A program made the position numbers and the translations under genes. From contig CP158635.1 in NCBI GenBank assembly GCA_050273025.1, forward strand, positions 15,004,001 through 15,068,000: 64,000 nt of DNA, read 5' to 3'. Of this stretch, positions 59,988 through 64,000 are shown one piece after another. Positions within the stretch are counted from its first letter, which is position 1. Each line of letters starts with the position of its first letter. The notes under the pieces were generated by a model that saw only the letters and a list, made by a program, of their open reading frames with translations, made no database searches and was not told the origin of the DNA. This stretch comes from Cenococcum geophilum (lineage: Eukaryota).

Positions 59988-62631
59988 AGTACCCTATTAA
60001 ACTTATACCGCACTAAAATAAGCCCCTAAGGGGCTATAGATAAAGGCTTTAAGAGGACTCCTTAGAAGTTAGATATATATACTATTTTAAAGCTTTTTTA
60101 CCTACTTAAAGCTGTTTATAAAGCTAATCTAATAAGTACTATATCCGCTCCTACTATTAATTAACCTACTATATAGCCGCTTCCTCGCTAACCCTTTAGG
60201 CCTATATAACCTACCTAATTTCCTTAATAACCTTAAGCTATAGGGAGTACTATTAGAGCTTATTCTACTGGCCGGCCTATTATTTACTACCCTATTTAGA
60301 ATCTAGCGCTACTATAAAAGGATTACCTCTAAGCCCTTTAGTCCACTTATGCTAAAGGGCCCGTATGGACTTTATTATATAGTATATATAATATATAGGC
60401 GGCTACTTAGGCAGCTGCTTAGGCTTAGGCCCTTACTATAGCTATAGCGGCGCTAATAAAGAGGAAGCTATAGCACTTACCCAGGCCGATATATTTTAGC
60501 TTAATTCCGTAATAAATAGAGGCGTTAGTAAATATGCTATTGGTAAATATACCGTTAGTAGGTATGCTATTAGATATAAATATACGGATACTAAAGGGAC
60601 CTTAAGCTAAAAGGTAAGGCTGCTAAATATAAGTAATTAAAGCTATAAAGACTACGCCTACTAGGACTTAGCTATATAGTTAAATAATGCCTATAGCTTA
60701 CGTACTTAGGCGTCTATAGTTTTTAGGCAGTCCGTAATAGCTAGTACGGCTTAGTAGAGTATTAATAGCTAGCTAGGGCCTTCTTCCTCCTATTATAGGT
60801 AGGCTTCGACCTTCTACGCAAAGGGTAGATAGGCCTTATACTAGAAGACCGGGTAGTTCTATATAGGGCTACTTAGGAATATCTTACGGAGGACTATTAA
60901 GTTCTATAAAATAACCTCCCGGAGATAAAATAGGAGGTTTATAGCGCTTATAGCCGTAAGGTTATTAACCTAGCTAACCTAAAGGCTAAACTAACCCTTC
61001 TAAACATCTAGCTCTAGCTAGATTGTCAACAGTAGTATGTTAAGGGGGGTAATGCTTACCCTATAAATCTTAAAGTAGCCTATCTACGGTAAATAGCTAG
61101 TTATTATCTGTATAAACTCCCGCGGTAGTAAGTTTAAGTAATAGCTAACTATCTACTTTTAGTTTTACCTACTAGCGTGTCTAATCTGGTCCTTACTAAC
61201 CCCTTTTAGCTCTACTATTTTAGCGCTAGCGCTTCGCCTAATATAGGTCTTCTTCTATAAGAAGACGCCAACGGCCTAGAATACCTTAGTAACCTACTCC
61301 CGCTATAAGTTATATAAGAAGGCCGTCTTATAGTCCCTAGCGCTGCTCTTAATTAGGCGGATATTATACTACGCTAACTATTTATTAAAGTCTAGGAACG
61401 GCTTATTACTAAGGTCCCAGTAGTATAGGAGGTAAAAAACTAGCCCGCTAAGCATATAGATAAGCGGCTTCTTATTATATAGAGCTCTAATAGTCTTAAG
61501 GCAGCTATACTAGTTCTACTTACTAGCGCGTATAGTAAATATTAGGGGCATATAGCGCGTAGGACCTTCCCCCTTAAACTTAAAGGTAAATAGGTTTAAG
61601 ATCTTAGCGGAGCGCCTATTGCCGCCGCGGGTAAGTATATAGTGGCCTAGTAGAATATCTATAAGCGTATAAAGGTAGTATTTTAATAAGGAGTCTCCAT
61701 AGGCCTATAGCTTGTAGTAAACGCTCTTAAACTCGTCCTTTATATATCCGTTAAGCAGTATATCCCTACCCTTATCTATAAACTACTCCTTTTCCTACTA
61801 CGCGTCTCTCTATTATAAAACCTTTAGGTAATTCCTAATGTTATCCTCCCGCGGGGACTAGTGGCTATTTATCCCTATACCCTTCTGCGTCCGGTAGAGG
61901 TCTATTAAGGTAGTAATATAATTATAAACTAAGCGCTAGGAGAGCCGCGTTTTATCCTAGGGCATATTATTACTAGCCTTATAGCTTTTTACTTTTAGTA
62001 GCCGGCCTATAACCTCCTTAATAAGGAAAAGAAGTAGCTTCTCTTCCGTAATAGTATTACTATTATAGTACTACTTCCGCTTATAAAAGGCCTAGGAAGA
62101 CACGCGTTAGTTATAAGTATACTACTCCGTAAAGCACCTACCTACTTACCTTAAACTCTTTTTACTTTAGCTTCTAATTTAGAGACGTATTTTTAGGTCT
62201 CTTAGAATATATAAGGGAAAAGATACTCTACGCGTTAGCGCGTAGTTCGGTATTATTTATAACGTTAATTTTTACGCGACTAATTAATGGCATTTTTAAG
62301 ATATATAGGACGCTGCTAGAGAAGCTGCGCCCTAAGGGGGGGTTTTTATTTTCCTATATACGCAGATATAAACTAGGGAGGAGAGGTAGAGAAAATATAC
62401 CTATTAAATAAGTAATTTTACCGTATAGGGTAAATAAATGGGCGTACGGCTAGGCCAATAGGCTAATAGTACGCGCGTATTAGCAACTCGATTAGTAGGG
62501 GTAAAGATATTTAAAGATGTCCACGGCTTAGCTATAGGCTTAGCTGTAGATATCCGTAAATATTAATAGGGGTTATATATATTATATGCGGCTTAGTAAC
62601 TAAGTAGGCGCTTATCTAAGCTATAAACACT
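59988..62631 (-). mobile_element. Crypton copy 7 (ORF relic ~62293-60083)
   Basis: Reverse-complement core with a shorter (GCTATA)n tract. Tail at 59710-59981. Confidence 0.9.
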
Positions 62632-62909
62632 AATAGTATATCTATAGTTTAATTTATATAGCTAAATCAGCCGCTAAGTTACGATTTGGTAGGTAGAAGG
62701 CCTGTACGCTTAGCGCTATATAGATATTACCCTATATCTATAGTCGATCTTTAATCGCTAGCAACGCCGTAGTAATGTTGCGCTCTTAATACCTATTAAG
62801 TAGTATACGTAGAGCTGTCTAAGGGCTCTTTACTCGCACTAGGATAGTAAAAATTAGCTATAGATTAATAGAGATATTTATATTTTAGATTAGGCGCCGC
62901 TATTATATA

Positions 62910-64000
62910 AGTACCCTACTAAACTTATACCGCACTAAAATAAGCCCCTAAGGGGCTATAGATAAAGGCTTTAAGAGGACTTCTTAGAAGTTAGATATAT
63001 ATACTATTTTAAAGCTTTTCTACCTACTTAAAGCCGTTTATAAAGCTAATCTAATAAGCACTGCATTTACTTCTACTATTAATTAACCTACTATATAGCC
63101 GCTTCCTCGCTAACCCTCTAGGCCTATATAATCTGCCTAATCTCCTTAATAACCTTAAGCCGTAGGGAGTACTATTAGAGTTTATTCTGCTAGCTAGCCC
63201 ACTATCTACTACCCTATTTAGAATTTAACGCTACTATAAAAGGATTACCTTTAAGCCCTTTAGTCTACTTACGCCAAAGGGCCTATACGGACTTTATTAT
63301 ACGGCATATATAATATATAGGCGGCTACTTAGGCAGCTACTCGGGCTTAGGCCCTTACTATAGCTATAGCTATAGCTATAGCTACGGCGGCGCTAGTAAA
63401 GGGGAAGCTATAGTACTTACCCGGGCCAATATATCCTAGCTTAATTCCGTAATAGATAAAGGCGCTAGTAGATATACCATTAATAGATATACTATTAGTA
63501 AGTATACTATTAAACGCGAATATATAAATGCTAAAGGGACCTTAAGCTAAAAGGTAAGGCTGCTAGATATAAGCAATTAAAGCTATAAAAACTGCGCCTA
63601 CTAGAACTCGGCTATACGGTTAAATAATACTTATAGCTTACGTACTTAGGCGTCTATAGTTTTTAGGCGGTTTATAATAGCTAGTATAGCCTAGTAAAGT
63701 ATTAATAGCTAGCTAGGGCCTTCTTCCTCCTACTATAGGTAGGCTTTAACCTTCCGCGTAAAGGGTAGATAGGCCTTATACTAAAAAACCGGGTGGTTCT
63801 ATATAGGGCTACTTAGGAATATCTTGCGGAGGACTACTAAGTCCTATAGGATAACCTCCTAGAGATAAAATAGGAGGTTTATAGCGCCTATAGCCGCGAG
63901 GTTGTTAACTTAGCTAACTTAAGGGCCAAACTAACCCTTCTAGACGTCTAGCTCTGGCTAGATTGTTAACAGTAGTATATTAGGGGGGGCGACGCTTACC
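62910..64000 (-). mobile_element. Crypton copy 8, 3' part (runs off the window)
   Basis: Reverse-complement 3' portion of the core. Tail at 62632-62903 has no LINE insertion. Confidence 0.88.

Overview
Eukaryotic, very probably filamentous ascomycete, DNA. It is a heterochromatin-like nest of transposable elements heavily mutated by repeat-induced point mutation (RIP: TpA abundant, CpA/TpG scarce, coding relics full of TAA/TAG). No intact protein-coding gene is visible, and most supplied ORFs are artefacts of 12-bp minisatellites. From left to right: (1) the end of a minisatellite-filled element; (2) a hAT transposase relic (minus strand), split by an Ngaro-type tyrosine-recombinase (YR) retrotransposon with A-B-A-B split repeats, itself split by a MULE-like non-autonomous element with a 9-bp TSD; (3) a ~4 kb lightly mutated island holding a broken gene with a C-terminal Myb/SANT-like motif; (4) a Ty3/gypsy nest (15.3-35.0 kb) whose 5' LTR carries three DNA-element insertions and whose inner insert looks like a recombination-deletion product; (5) from 35 kb to the window end, eight Crypton (YR + GCR1_C-like) copies. 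Four lie on + and four on -, forming a giant inverted duplication centred on a ~490-bp TIR element at ~53.47 kb, with one Tad1-like LINE in the left arm. The Crypton palindrome and its junction geometry are the most unusual features. Coordinates were read by eye; relic ORF ends are approximate.
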